Shown one piece after another: positions 40,149-49,443 of a DNA stretch of 64,000 nt (position 1 is the first letter of the stretch; each line of letters starts with the position of its first letter). Below the pieces are notes generated by a model. That model did not search any database. It was not told where the DNA came from and saw only the letters and a list, made by a program, of their open reading frames with translations. Location: the IMG/VR virus record IMGVR_UViG_3300009181_000033, positions 124,001-188,000 of that record; one strand, given 5' to 3'. The position numbers and the translations under genes were made by a program.

Positions 40149-40775
40149 AGATTCGAGCTTCTCGACCCCCGCGATAACCTTCTGCTGAACATCGCTTTCA
40201 ATCGCCTTAATATCTTCAACGGTGAGGATGCTGCCTGTCTTCCTATCGTGCAAGATGATTGCGGATTTCTCAACCGCTGAAGAATAACGACCAAGGAGAC
40301 CATCGGCTGCCCTTTCCGACAAGACTCCATAATTGCTAATCTTCATGTTTGACAATAGCACGGTGTCCTGTCTGGCATCCAGGATCTCGGATGCCGGAAC
40401 AATCAAATCCTCTTTCTTTACTCCACGGAGAAGTGCTCCGGAGCAATGATCCCACAGAAGAGACTTGGTGATTTTCTTGGACCACGGATGCTCGCAGTGC
40501 GGATTTTTGGCCGGTGTCATTGTCACCTCAGAAGATCTCCAGCGACATCGATCAAATCTCTTGGAAGGACCACGATGGCCATACTCAGCCGGCCCTTGAA
40601 CGAGGGCAATGACAGCACGCTTATAAGCCTCCGTCGCCGCTGTCTCTGTAACGTTGGATGGTCTGTTGAGGTGTGACTCAATTAAGCACAACCAAATCCA
40701 GGTTGTTGACCTGAGAACATCGTAATATTCTTCAGTTCGGTAATCGACCCAGTCGCTATCGGAAAGCAATTTCAT
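40125..40775 (-). CDS. Hypothetical protein
   Basis: 216-aa ORF coupled to the PolX gene; the CEHP motif is only weakly HNH-like. Confidence 0.55.
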   Translation of the reverse strand: MKLLSDSDWVDYRTEEYYDVLRSTTWIWLCLIESHLNRPSNVTETAATEAYKRAVIALVQGPAEYGHRGPSKRFDRCRWRSSEVTMTPAKNPHCEHPWSKKITKSLLWDHCSGALLRGVKKEDLIVPASEILDARQDTVLLSNMKISNYGVLSERAADGLLGRYSSAVEKSAIILHDRKTGSILTVEDIKAIESDVQQKVIAGVEKLESLGKIKEK

Positions 40776-41356
40776 TAATTCCTCACGTACTTCTTAATAA
40801 CATTCTTGGACGTACGAATCTCGGGTGGGACGAAATCCATCTCGAGGATGTCGAAAAAATCCTGCTCCTCGGGCACCCACAGCTGTTCTCCTGTTGGCAT
40901 CGTCGGCATGCAATCAGTCATGCGGCCGCCACCTGACAATTTCTTGAATCGACCAAAAATTCCTGGCACAAAACCATTGAACGAGTTGCCTTCGGCATCA
41001 GACCCGGAGCCTGTGCGCATCATGTATAGCCCGCCCCAGTTCTCAGGGGAAGCCATGAATAGATCAAGGTTCATGCCTTCACTGAGACGAACACGAATGT
41101 ACTTGGCCGCAAGCTTGGGGATCCAAGGCACAGTACCTGGAACACCTGGCTTAATATGCTGACCGACCTCTGTTAGGAGACGGATTAGCTTTTCACGATC
41201 ATCGGAGATGCCTACCAGCTCGATGTCGCCTACGATTGGCTTTTGTCTGCGAATAGAACCTGCAATCTCCACTCTAGTCATTGCAGACGAAATATGGTTC
41301 TTCACCTTAATGGCGATGGCTTGGGCTTCGACCAGATCGATTTTTCCGATTCCCAT
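40775..41356 (-). CDS. Minimal DNA polymerase X/beta-family nucleotidyltransferase
   Basis: IAGSIRR, GDIE, LDLF, RTGS, EEQDFF...VPPEIR; no lyase or PHP domain. Confidence 0.85.
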   Translation of the reverse strand: MGIGKIDLVEAQAIAIKVKNHISSAMTRVEIAGSIRRQKPIVGDIELVGISDDREKLIRLLTEVGQHIKPGVPGTVPWIPKLAAKYIRVRLSEGMNLDLFMASPENWGGLYMMRTGSGSDAEGNSFNGFVPGIFGRFKKLSGGGRMTDCMPTMPTGEQLWVPEEQDFFDILEMDFVPPEIRTSKNVIKKYVRN

Positions 41357-41412
41357 GTATTAAACATACACAGCTCAGTGACGGGTTTGCACCGGTGGCA
41401 TATAATTAATTC

Positions 41413-42324
41413 ATGCACAAAAAAATTTCGAGTCAAAATCTAAGAAAATTGATCAGAGAAATCATTGAGGAAGAAACGGCAATTCCCGGTGATGCCCCTT
41501 CTGAAAACCAAGTTCATCTTTTTGACTTTGATGATACACTTGCTGTAACACAGGATCCCACAGCTGTAATGCTCTACAATGATGAAATCCCTGCACATAA
41601 ATCGGCAGACGAAGTCATAAATTGGCTGACACAATTTAAAATATCTGATGATGATCTAATAAACCCAGGCATTGCGCAAATACCGCAGAGGGGTGGACAC
41701 GCTGCATATATTAATTCGGCAGCTTTGGCTAAAATACAGACAGCCTATAATAGAAGCCAACAAAAGGTCAGCGGAATAAGTGAACCCAAACAAGGTGAAT
41801 CTATATTAATGGACTTTACACCATGTGCATCAACAAACCTCGATGCAGCCAAACCAATAGATTCAACTATTGAAAAAATGAAGAGAATGCAAGATGTAGG
41901 AGCAACAACAGGTGTAGTGACAGCAAGAAAAGAAAAAGGAAGTGGAATCGATCTTCATGGACACAAGGTTGATGCCACCAACAAAGAAGACATAATTAAA
42001 TTTCTTGCACAAAATGGCGTAAGCCCCAGTGCTGGCGTCATGGGTGTCTCTGGACAAAATAAAGGAAATTTCATTGCGAAATATTTTGCCGGCGACAAGA
42101 ACACAAAGGAAATACACTTTTACGATGATATGCCTAAAAACACTTCAGAAGTTGAACAAGCGCTAGCAGAGAAAACTCCTTCGGAATTATTCATATATGG
42201 ACCAGGTGAATTCGACAAAGGAGAAGCAAATCCAAATGTTCCTTCAAAGAGTCATCCTGCTAAAAAGCAAAAGTTCGAAAATTTTGATTTATCGAGATGG
42301 AATAAATTGGCCGGACTAAAATGA
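41413..42324 (+). CDS. HAD-superfamily phosphatase-like protein with N-terminal tag
   Basis: FDFDDTL, VTAR, K, FYDD; N-terminal NLRKLIREIIEE; C-terminal RWNKLAGL. Confidence 0.75.
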   Translation: MHKKISSQNLRKLIREIIEEETAIPGDAPSENQVHLFDFDDTLAVTQDPTAVMLYNDEIPAHKSADEVINWLTQFKISDDDLINPGIAQIPQRGGHAAYINSAALAKIQTAYNRSQQKVSGISEPKQGESILMDFTPCASTNLDAAKPIDSTIEKMKRMQDVGATTGVVTARKEKGSGIDLHGHKVDATNKEDIIKFLAQNGVSPSAGVMGVSGQNKGNFIAKYFAGDKNTKEIHFYDDMPKNTSEVEQALAEKTPSELFIYGPGEFDKGEANPNVPSKSHPAKKQKFENFDLSRWNKLAGLK

Positions 42325-42346
42325 GAAACCCCCTTTCGGGGGTTTC
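42325..42346. terminator. Terminator hairpin between convergent genes
   Basis: gaaaccccc-tttc-gggggtttc. Confidence 0.8.
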
Positions 42347-42348
42347 AT

Positions 42349-42783
42349 TTATATTGAAGGCAATTTTATCTTTGCAACTGTTCCATCTGACATCATCACT
42401 GTAGTGACATCTTCAGGCAATTCCTTTGTAATTGTGGTGTTAGGTTCAAAATCAGGAAGATCCTCTATTGACTGTGGTTCTGAAATTTCGGTCAAAGAAT
42501 ACCATTCTTTGGATTTTGTAACTGCAATATCCATTAGTCTATTAACATGCTTGATCGCTCTATCAATTAATGTTTTTCTAGCCTTGTCAGAAGAATCAAA
42601 TATTTCTCCGTCGACTTGATCCAGCATTACAGTCGATGTTCTATCTGATCCGCCTTGCAACAGGTATTGCACTTCTTCGCCTTTAAGCGTTTTCTTGGTA
42701 ATTATTTCTATTACCTGCATCGGATAAATTTGATTCTTTTTGTTTAGAACAATGAAAAGAACTTGTCCAATTGAGTATCTCAC
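42349..42783 (-). CDS. Hypothetical protein
   Basis: 144-aa ORF (YSIGQVLF). Confidence 0.6.
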   Translation of the reverse strand: MRYSIGQVLFIVLNKKNQIYPMQVIEIITKKTLKGEEVQYLLQGGSDRTSTVMLDQVDGEIFDSSDKARKTLIDRAIKHVNRLMDIAVTKSKEWYSLTEISEPQSIEDLPDFEPNTTITKELPEDVTTVMMSDGTVAKIKLPSI

Positions 42784-43142
42784 TTTTGTTCTCCAGCGTC
42801 ATTGCCCAAAAAACTTGAACTTTGTTCATCTTCGTCGTCTGATGGCTCAGAAGCCAATTGAAAAACACTGATAGGAGGAGGTCCAGAGGGTGCCACAATG
42901 AAATCTGGTGCATCCTCATTCATGGGAATGCTGGCCAATTCACAGGCGTCAGAAATCTTGTTCCACAAGAGCGTTTCTGTCATTGATCTATTTTCAACTT
43001 CAGCAAGAGATTGACTTAGTGTTTTCTTGCCTTCCGGAGGCAGAACCACACCGAATAAATCCCTAAGGTGAACTAGTTCAAACTTTGTTAGCCTTAGTTC
43101 GAAAGTTTTTCTTTTCTTAAGGAAAGGTTGTTTATCACTCAT
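42780..43142 (-). CDS. Hypothetical protein
   Basis: 120-aa ORF in operon. Confidence 0.6.
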   Translation of the reverse strand: MSDKQPFLKKRKTFELRLTKFELVHLRDLFGVVLPPEGKKTLSQSLAEVENRSMTETLLWNKISDACELASIPMNEDAPDFIVAPSGPPPISVFQLASEPSDDEDEQSSSFLGNDAGEQK

Positions 43143-43156
43143 GTTCTATTCTCACT

Positions 43157-43444
43157 TCAAGAAGTTGGATCAATTGCTTCCAGGAATAAATCAAATGTAT
43201 CTCGGTGTGCAACACCTTGCTGAATCTTAACAACCTTAAGAGCGGCTTGCAACGTTTTCATGTCAAGTCGATCCTGATATTCTTCAATGATTTCTTTTCT
43301 ATCTGTTTTTAGGAGCTCGATCTCATTATCAACTGTTTCAATCTTTCCAATGAACTCCTTCACAAGACCTCTAAGGGTATTGATCTCATCAGGCTGCATA
43401 TCAGCGGTATTGTATTGCTTCTTGGGTGGTGCTTTCTTTGGCAT
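43157..43444 (-). CDS. DsbA/GapR-like double-stranded DNA-binding protein
   Basis: FIGKIETVDNEIELLKTDRKEIIEE...LDMKTLQAALK helical pattern. Confidence 0.6.
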   Translation of the reverse strand: MPKKAPPKKQYNTADMQPDEINTLRGLVKEFIGKIETVDNEIELLKTDRKEIIEEYQDRLDMKTLQAALKVVKIQQGVAHRDTFDLFLEAIDPTS

Positions 43445-43476
43445 GTTGATATTCTAAACCGCCAAGTTTGAAAAGT

Positions 43477-44556
43477 TCAAAGCGCCTTTATTTTTTGTAT
43501 TGTCGACCTGTAGTCTTTAACATATTGAGCATCTTCAGGGACGCCTTGCTTCAAGACTTCCTGCACTTTGTCTTCGAGTGATTTTATGTAAAATTGCTTC
43601 ATAGAAGCACGAATAGTTTTCATAATGCTCTTTTCTGCTTCTTGTTTTTCTTTGCCTTCAAGCTCAGAAAGCTTCTTAATTTCAGGTATTTCCTTCTTGT
43701 TTTTCTTCATCAAATTCTGAAGATCCTGGGGAGATTTTGCATTCTTTAAAACGCCTTCTGCTTGATTGTAAATTTGATCCAAGCTTTTTCTATAAATTTC
43801 CGTGGCGGTCTTCTTCATTTTTTCAGCCTCGGGGCTTGAATAGACTTTCGTCAAAAATTTTGGATTCTTCATCAATTTTTGTGGCGTAAATCCACCTTTT
43901 TGATTTTTTTCATTGGAGTCATCCTCTGTGATTTGTTGAGATTCTCCCCACAAATCACTTGGGTTACGACTCTTGCCACCTGATTCCCGAGAAGTCTTTT
44001 TAGGAGCCTTGGCACCTTTGTTGCCTAACATCCACCTTCCTGTTTTTTGCAACTTTTCTTTTGTGGCGTCATATAATTGGTCAGAAAATCCACCGGTTGT
44101 TGCACTCAAAAGACTCTTTGCGACTTTGGGTGCAGCCTTTGCCGTAAAGGCACCCATGACAAGTGCTGGTGAAGCCATAAAGGCTAGCGCCACAGCGTCT
44201 CCCTTAAACGCCTCATCATTTCTTTTATAAACTTCTGAATAATCATTTCTTATCTTGTTGATCTCTTCTTTTTCTTCATCAAAAACGCCGGCATAATCGG
44301 CCCTCAACATGGGATTGAGGGTCGTCACAATTGTTCCCCAAACAACTTTTACTAGAGTTTTGGCACGCGTTGTAAGCTCCTTCGTTTTACCTATAGCAGT
44401 TTGCACTGCATCAACAAATGGAGATCCAAATACCTTAAAAAGATCCCCTTGATAAGAAGAACCCATCATTCCTGCTGTATCCATTGGGCCATAGTCATCT
44501 TCTTTTAAGATGTGTTGAACATATTCCTTCAACAATATTTCGCCAGATTTTTTCAT
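43477..44556 (-). CDS. Hypothetical helical protein with N-terminal tag
   Basis: LLKEYVQHILKED; ATATTTA 5 nt upstream. Confidence 0.7.
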   Translation of the reverse strand: MKKSGEILLKEYVQHILKEDDYGPMDTAGMMGSSYQGDLFKVFGSPFVDAVQTAIGKTKELTTRAKTLVKVVWGTIVTTLNPMLRADYAGVFDEEKEEINKIRNDYSEVYKRNDEAFKGDAVALAFMASPALVMGAFTAKAAPKVAKSLLSATTGGFSDQLYDATKEKLQKTGRWMLGNKGAKAPKKTSRESGGKSRNPSDLWGESQQITEDDSNEKNQKGGFTPQKLMKNPKFLTKVYSSPEAEKMKKTATEIYRKSLDQIYNQAEGVLKNAKSPQDLQNLMKKNKKEIPEIKKLSELEGKEKQEAEKSIMKTIRASMKQFYIKSLEDKVQEVLKQGVPEDAQYVKDYRSTIQKIKAL

Positions 44557-44593
44557 AGCTCTAAATATCTCTCTAACTACATAATTATACTTT

Positions 44594-45190
44594 ATGTCAA
44601 CAACAATAGCTCTGCTTCCAGGAAGTTTTAAACCTTATCACGCCGGACACGATGGACTAGTAAGACTCGCAGCATCAGAATGTGACGAAGTACATCTCTT
44701 TATATCAACATCCGATAGAAGTCGCAAAGGGGAAATGACCATATATGGAACAGACATGCAAAGAATATGGCTTGATTTTATAGAGCCAACGTTACCCGAA
44801 AATGTTGTTGTCGAATACGGTGGAGCTCCTGTTCAAAAAGTGTATGCAGAGCTAGAAGAGGCCGAAGCTGCCGCAAGCGAAGACACTTATGTAATCTACT
44901 CAGACGAAGAAGACATACTGAAATACACAGATGCAGCTCTCACCAAAGTCGCACCAACACTGTTCGAAAATGGACAAATAGAAAGAAGGCCTGTCTCAAG
45001 AACAGAAACAGTCCCAGTCAGCGGTACCAAAATGAGAGAATACCTGGCGACAGGCGACTCAAAAAACTTCGCCAAATTCTTGTCGCCAAGTATTCGTCAA
45101 TACTCTCAGCAAATAATAGACATTCTAACTCGGAAGCAAATAGGAGAAAGTCTATTAAAAAGATACATCAAGGAATTCATCCAACTCTAA
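44594..45190 (+). CDS. HxGH (cytidylyltransferase-like) nucleotidyltransferase with C-terminal tag
   Basis: PGSFKPYHAGH, VSGTKMRE; ends ESLLKRYIKEFI. Confidence 0.82.
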   Translation: MSTTIALLPGSFKPYHAGHDGLVRLAASECDEVHLFISTSDRSRKGEMTIYGTDMQRIWLDFIEPTLPENVVVEYGGAPVQKVYAELEEAEAAASEDTYVIYSDEEDILKYTDAALTKVAPTLFENGQIERRPVSRTETVPVSGTKMREYLATGDSKNFAKFLSPSIRQYSQQIIDILTRKQIGESLLKRYIKEFIQL

Positions 45191-46340
45191 TATTGACTTG
45201 GTTTGGAACAATTTTTCCTTGAGTGTTTCTGACTTCGACAACATATCTGCCCTTTGTGGTCAAAATTCTACAAGAAATTTGTTTCGTGGTTCCTGGATAA
45301 GATATGTCTATTCTCTTCACCACACCAACTAATTCCAGGGCATGTTCTTGATTTTCAATTTTTTCTACATGCCATTTACCGCCACCCATGTCTCTAGCGT
45401 ACCAATATCCGTAACCATAACCAGAAGCTAAATATCTCTGGACTTTTTCGTAATCCTGTGTGCCAGATGGGGCAACGTCCTTGCTCATCTCAGGGTCTTT
45501 GCTTGAGAAACGAGAAGCAGGAGTCTTAGTCACTGAGGATGGTGTACCACGCAAGTAATTAGTTAGACCTCTGGCTGCCAAAGTTTTGTTGATGCCTAGA
45601 GCTCTTAAAAAATCGTCAGTTGGATGTGAACCTGACTTAACGATAGGTTCTCCGGTTTTTTTATCTTCATCCTGAACAAATCCACCTACATAACCTGTAT
45701 TGGCAAAAGTATTACCTGAGGGATCCTTCAGGGAGATAAAAACCTTTTTACCAGATTCAGCATTTCCAGCCGAGTCTGGTCTTTTTAAAATAAGTGTTAG
45801 GTCGGAAATTATTGGACCAACATTCGGCACTTCAGGGAGCAAAGGCCTTGCATTGTTCTTGCCCCCTGTTTGTTCTGAATCCTTAATGTTATTCGGATTG
45901 ATTCCGATCGCCTTTAAAAGGCTAGCTATTCTGGGAGAGATCTTTCCTGATTTCAGATCCTGTGCTTCACTTGCAACCTCATCTTCGAAAACCTGTCCTT
46001 TGTTTCTGCCGCTGGTGAATAGAACATTGTATTGTTTTCCTCCATGGTTCACGATATATGTCGTAAATCTTCCACTCAAGGAACCTGGATCACCTTTGGG
46101 AATGGAATCCAATAGCTTAATTCTTGCCTTCTTCAAAATCTTGGCAATCTCTTCACCAGAAAAAAGGTGTGACGTAGAAGGAGCTAGTCTTATCTCTTTG
46201 TCAGAAGCGACCTTTACCTGAAGGCCTTCAACACCTGAGTCTGCTGCGGCTGAAACTATCAAATTAGCAACCAACACAGTATCAGGTGATTTCGCCTCCT
46301 TTATGAAGTTCCTGATATATTGCTTCAATAGATCATTCAT
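45177..46340 (-). CDS. Putative PD-(D/E)xK-like nuclease-fold protein with N-terminal tag
   Basis: KGQVFE...ISDLTL...FISLK; starts MNDLLKQYIRNFIKEA. Confidence 0.5.
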   Translation of the reverse strand: MNDLLKQYIRNFIKEAKSPDTVLVANLIVSAAADSGVEGLQVKVASDKEIRLAPSTSHLFSGEEIAKILKKARIKLLDSIPKGDPGSLSGRFTTYIVNHGGKQYNVLFTSGRNKGQVFEDEVASEAQDLKSGKISPRIASLLKAIGINPNNIKDSEQTGGKNNARPLLPEVPNVGPIISDLTLILKRPDSAGNAESGKKVFISLKDPSGNTFANTGYVGGFVQDEDKKTGEPIVKSGSHPTDDFLRALGINKTLAARGLTNYLRGTPSSVTKTPASRFSSKDPEMSKDVAPSGTQDYEKVQRYLASGYGYGYWYARDMGGGKWHVEKIENQEHALELVGVVKRIDISYPGTTKQISCRILTTKGRYVVEVRNTQGKIVPNQVNIRVG

Positions 46341-47599
46341 ATCTTTATCCCTTTTCTTCCATACTTGAACAACCCCAAAATTTGATTGGCGGCCGCAAAT
46401 GAACCCGTAAATTTATACGCATTTCCTTTATAGATGAACACAACTCCTTCCATGGGCGAAGTTATGTTGCTCACGTCCTTGAGCTTTTCCATTTGTTGTT
46501 TGAGGATGGACATGGCACCTTCATTACCGCTAGCTTCGATAGCGTTGATTGCTGTCTGAACCTCACTTCGCAACCTGGAGACCTCGCGATCAGAATCATC
46601 AATCAGGGTTGAGTTAAGGCCTTTCAAGAGCTCAACAGCAAAATCGTTGATAGCTATCTCTATTGGCATCACGTACTGCTTGAACAAGGCTCCAGCGCCC
46701 TTGACAAAATCCGATATGGTTTTATGCAATGATTTATCTGCAGCTTTTTTAATGTCAACCACGGTCGGTGCATCAGACTCTTCAAACACTCTTGCCATCA
46801 ACATATTGGCTACCTTAGGCGGAAGACCGAGAGCATCAACGTCAGCTCTTATCAAGAGCCTCAAATAGTCACCTATCGTATCCGAATCACCCACTCCGGC
46901 AGAAGCGGCTGCCTCGTCAATCTTGGCAGCCGTTGTTGTGAAAATGGTGCCATTAGAAAGATTATTCATTCGGATGAGCGAAGGACCTTTGACTCTCCAG
47001 CCTGTCTGAGAAATCGAGGCTTGCATTCTATCGATGTATTGTGCTAGTGTATCAACACCATCAACCTCATCTTCTGACATCTCAACACTGCCTGTATTCG
47101 TTCTTTTGAAAACGGGCCAACCATGAAAAACGATATTATTAGAATCGTAATTTATGACGTTTGGATTTTTTGTGTATATAACCTCGATTGAATACCATCG
47201 ATCAACTGATGGACCAAAGATCTTTTCTTTGACTTTTTTTGGCAATGAACCTACAGCGCCTTGTAATACCTTGAAGGCATTAGTAAAAGCTTCTTCTACT
47301 GATCCTCTTCCAGCAAATTTTGCTGCCAATGCCGTAGCATCCATGCCGCCCTTGCTGACATCTGAACCCCTTGTGACTCTAATTTCTTCAGAAGATATAT
47401 CATAAGAAAAAACAAGATTCATGCCATCCATTTTTTCTGACACTTTTTCAAGACGACCAGTCGCAGCTCTTCTTAAGATCTTTTTAATTTCACCAAATGT
47501 TAAATCCCTATTGTCATAGAGATGCATGAGGTGACCTACTAGGCCCCCGCATACCAAAAGCTGTTTATTCAACAAGGTGGTGGGAGATGATAAAATCAT
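46337..47599 (-). CDS. DUF6267-like protein with ATP-dependent ligase-type motifs
   Basis: GHLMHLYD, EKMDG (KxDG), EGVVF, YKFTGSF. Confidence 0.6.
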   Translation of the reverse strand: MILSSPTTLLNKQLLVCGGLVGHLMHLYDNRDLTFGEIKKILRRAATGRLEKVSEKMDGMNLVFSYDISSEEIRVTRGSDVSKGGMDATALAAKFAGRGSVEEAFTNAFKVLQGAVGSLPKKVKEKIFGPSVDRWYSIEVIYTKNPNVINYDSNNIVFHGWPVFKRTNTGSVEMSEDEVDGVDTLAQYIDRMQASISQTGWRVKGPSLIRMNNLSNGTIFTTTAAKIDEAAASAGVGDSDTIGDYLRLLIRADVDALGLPPKVANMLMARVFEESDAPTVVDIKKAADKSLHKTISDFVKGAGALFKQYVMPIEIAINDFAVELLKGLNSTLIDDSDREVSRLRSEVQTAINAIEASGNEGAMSILKQQMEKLKDVSNITSPMEGVVFIYKGNAYKFTGSFAAANQILGLFKYGRKGIKI

Positions 47600-47868
47600 T
47601 TTTGTTTCTCGTTAATCTGTTGTCTATTTTTTGCTGACTGCAGCTCTCTCTTTAAGTGATTTACCAAATGCTTATAATGAGATCTTTTTTCGGTCCCACG
47701 CGCACATTTATCACGCCAATACTCTGCATCACCGATTCTTGATTGTAAATCATCTATATGGTCTGTAGAACCCCAATCAGTCGTTCTGTCTTTAGACAAA
47801 GAAACCTGACGAACCTGTCTTTCAACCAACAGCTTGATGTAATTTTTAATTAGATTTATGCCTTCCAT
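47596..47868 (-). CDS. Hypothetical protein with N-terminal tag
   Basis: MEGINLIKNYIKLLVER. Confidence 0.6.
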   Translation of the reverse strand: MEGINLIKNYIKLLVERQVRQVSLSKDRTTDWGSTDHIDDLQSRIGDAEYWRDKCARGTEKRSHYKHLVNHLKRELQSAKNRQQINEKQK

Positions 47869-48064
47869 CTTCTTGCTCCAAAGCATTTTTCATAGAACCA
47901 ACAAGAAATTTCTTTATGTGACTCTCGGTGATCTCGCCAGAAGAAGACAGGGAGAAAGCATTTTTTACTTGTTCAAGAAATTCTTGTGACATGGAAAGTT
48001 CAACTTCTTCACCAGAAGGAAGATTGAATTTCATGCTATTTGCTATTTTCATATTGACACTCAT
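47846..48064 (-). CDS. Hypothetical protein
   Basis: 72-aa ORF overlapping its neighbours. Confidence 0.5.
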   Translation of the reverse strand: MSVNMKIANSMKFNLPSGEEVELSMSQEFLEQVKNAFSLSSSGEITESHIKKFLVGSMKNALEQEDGRHKSN

Positions 48065-48660
48065 TTTTTAGCCTTAATGGGAACAGGTCCTGAACTATCT
48101 TCTAGAGATGTCTTTTTTGTATCGCCTTGTTTTGGCGACGGTGTCTTTACAACAACAGGTTTAATGGTGACTTTTGTTTTCTCTTCGCCTCTTTTCATTT
48201 CAATATTGGCAGGATTTGAATCAGGTGAAACAGCTGATTTGGCAGGTATTTCGCCTGTTACAACCTGCGATATTCCTTTCAAGAAGGCTAACAAGGCAAC
48301 CCTCTCTGCTTTTGTCAAACTATTGACATATTCTTCAAGCTTTGAAGATATGTCTTCATCCTTGAAAGAACGACCAGCTCTTATGGCATTGAGTCTATCA
48401 ATGACATCAGAAGCGGTAATTTCCCCCTTCTTCATTTTCTCACTGGCGTCATCTAGGGTTTTTGAAGACGCATTTGTTTTTTCTGCAGAATTTTCAGCGT
48501 CATCATCTTCCTCAGTCAAAGACTCCTGGCGTTCTTTTTCGGCAACTGCATTTTGATACAACGCTTGCTTTACGCTTTCTTTTACAACTTTATCAATAAT
48601 AGTCGATAACTGCAAGCCTGTTTGAATATTCATTTGTCTTTCCATTAAAACACCATTCAA
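48061..48660 (-). CDS. Hypothetical protein
   Basis: 199-aa ORF (LNAIRAGRSFKD); LSTIIDKVVKES near the N-terminus. Confidence 0.6.
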   Translation of the reverse strand: MNGVLMERQMNIQTGLQLSTIIDKVVKESVKQALYQNAVAEKERQESLTEEDDDAENSAEKTNASSKTLDDASEKMKKGEITASDVIDRLNAIRAGRSFKDEDISSKLEEYVNSLTKAERVALLAFLKGISQVVTGEIPAKSAVSPDSNPANIEMKRGEEKTKVTIKPVVVKTPSPKQGDTKKTSLEDSSGPVPIKAKK

Positions 48661-48667
48661 TATATAT

Positions 48668-49069
48668 TCACTTTTTAATTAAATCCATGCCTAACATGCA
48701 CAACTTGTTGTGCATATCAATGCCAAATAATTTGGGCGATGTTAAAAAGTAAGGACCAATTATTCGATTTATTTTTTCTGATAGGTGCAACTGGATGCCG
48801 TTGCACAATAAATCTGCTCCGGATGTTATCAAAATGAATATTTCATAAGCTTCTTCAAGTTTAAGCTTAACGTCCAATTTAATTGATTGTTTTTCTACCT
48901 GTATTCCATCGAGAGTACCAATTAATGGCTCTAGGCCATTAATTTCAATTACAGTAATCACTACAGAATCCATTGAAGTCAAAGTTTGTGTAACTTCATC
49001 TTCAAGCTCTGGTATCATCCCCTTTAATGAATCGCTCATTAACAGCCTATTTGTCGTTGAATCAATCAT
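48668..49069 (-). CDS. Hypothetical protein
   Basis: 133-aa ORF with ATGA overlap. Confidence 0.55.
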   Translation of the reverse strand: MIDSTTNRLLMSDSLKGMIPELEDEVTQTLTSMDSVVITVIEINGLEPLIGTLDGIQVEKQSIKLDVKLKLEEAYEIFILITSGADLLCNGIQLHLSEKINRIIGPYFLTSPKLFGIDMHNKLCMLGMDLIKK

Positions 49070-49443
49070 GCTGATACACTGTACACTACATCCTTATACA
49101 GTGTATCAGCATGCTTCGCATATTCCTTATCTAATTCGGTTATCTGGTCTACATCCTTCGTGTAAACATCCAACACCACTTCATTCTCATTAATCGTTAT
49201 GGTGGCATTGTGCATCGTCTCATCTTCGTATTTTAAGAGAGATCTCACAAAATCATTTCTTAAATCTTGATTAAGAAATTGAAATTTCTTTCTGAGGCGG
49301 CGGGGCGACTCTATTTTTTCCCATTTGTTGACGGCCATAATGGGAACATCTTTTTCACGCGGCAAGACTGGCAGTGCCCCAAAATTCATTGGCCTCCTTG
49401 CTTTGTCGATAAACTCTTCGTGTAGACGAGAAAGCTGCTTCAT
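49066..49443 (-). CDS. Pterin-4a-carbinolamine dehydratase (PCD/DCoH)-like protein
   Basis: W...LRKKFQF...HNATITI...YTKDVDQITELDKEYA; catalytic histidines partly lost. Confidence 0.65.
   Translation of the reverse strand: MKQLSRLHEEFIDKARRPMNFGALPVLPREKDVPIMAVNKWEKIESPRRLRKKFQFLNQDLRNDFVRSLLKYEDETMHNATITINENEVVLDVYTKDVDQITELDKEYAKHADTLYKDVVYSVSA

Noticed and set aside
40125-40775. HNH homing endonuclease
   Set aside because: Only an EH dipeptide matches; the remaining motif is not convincing.
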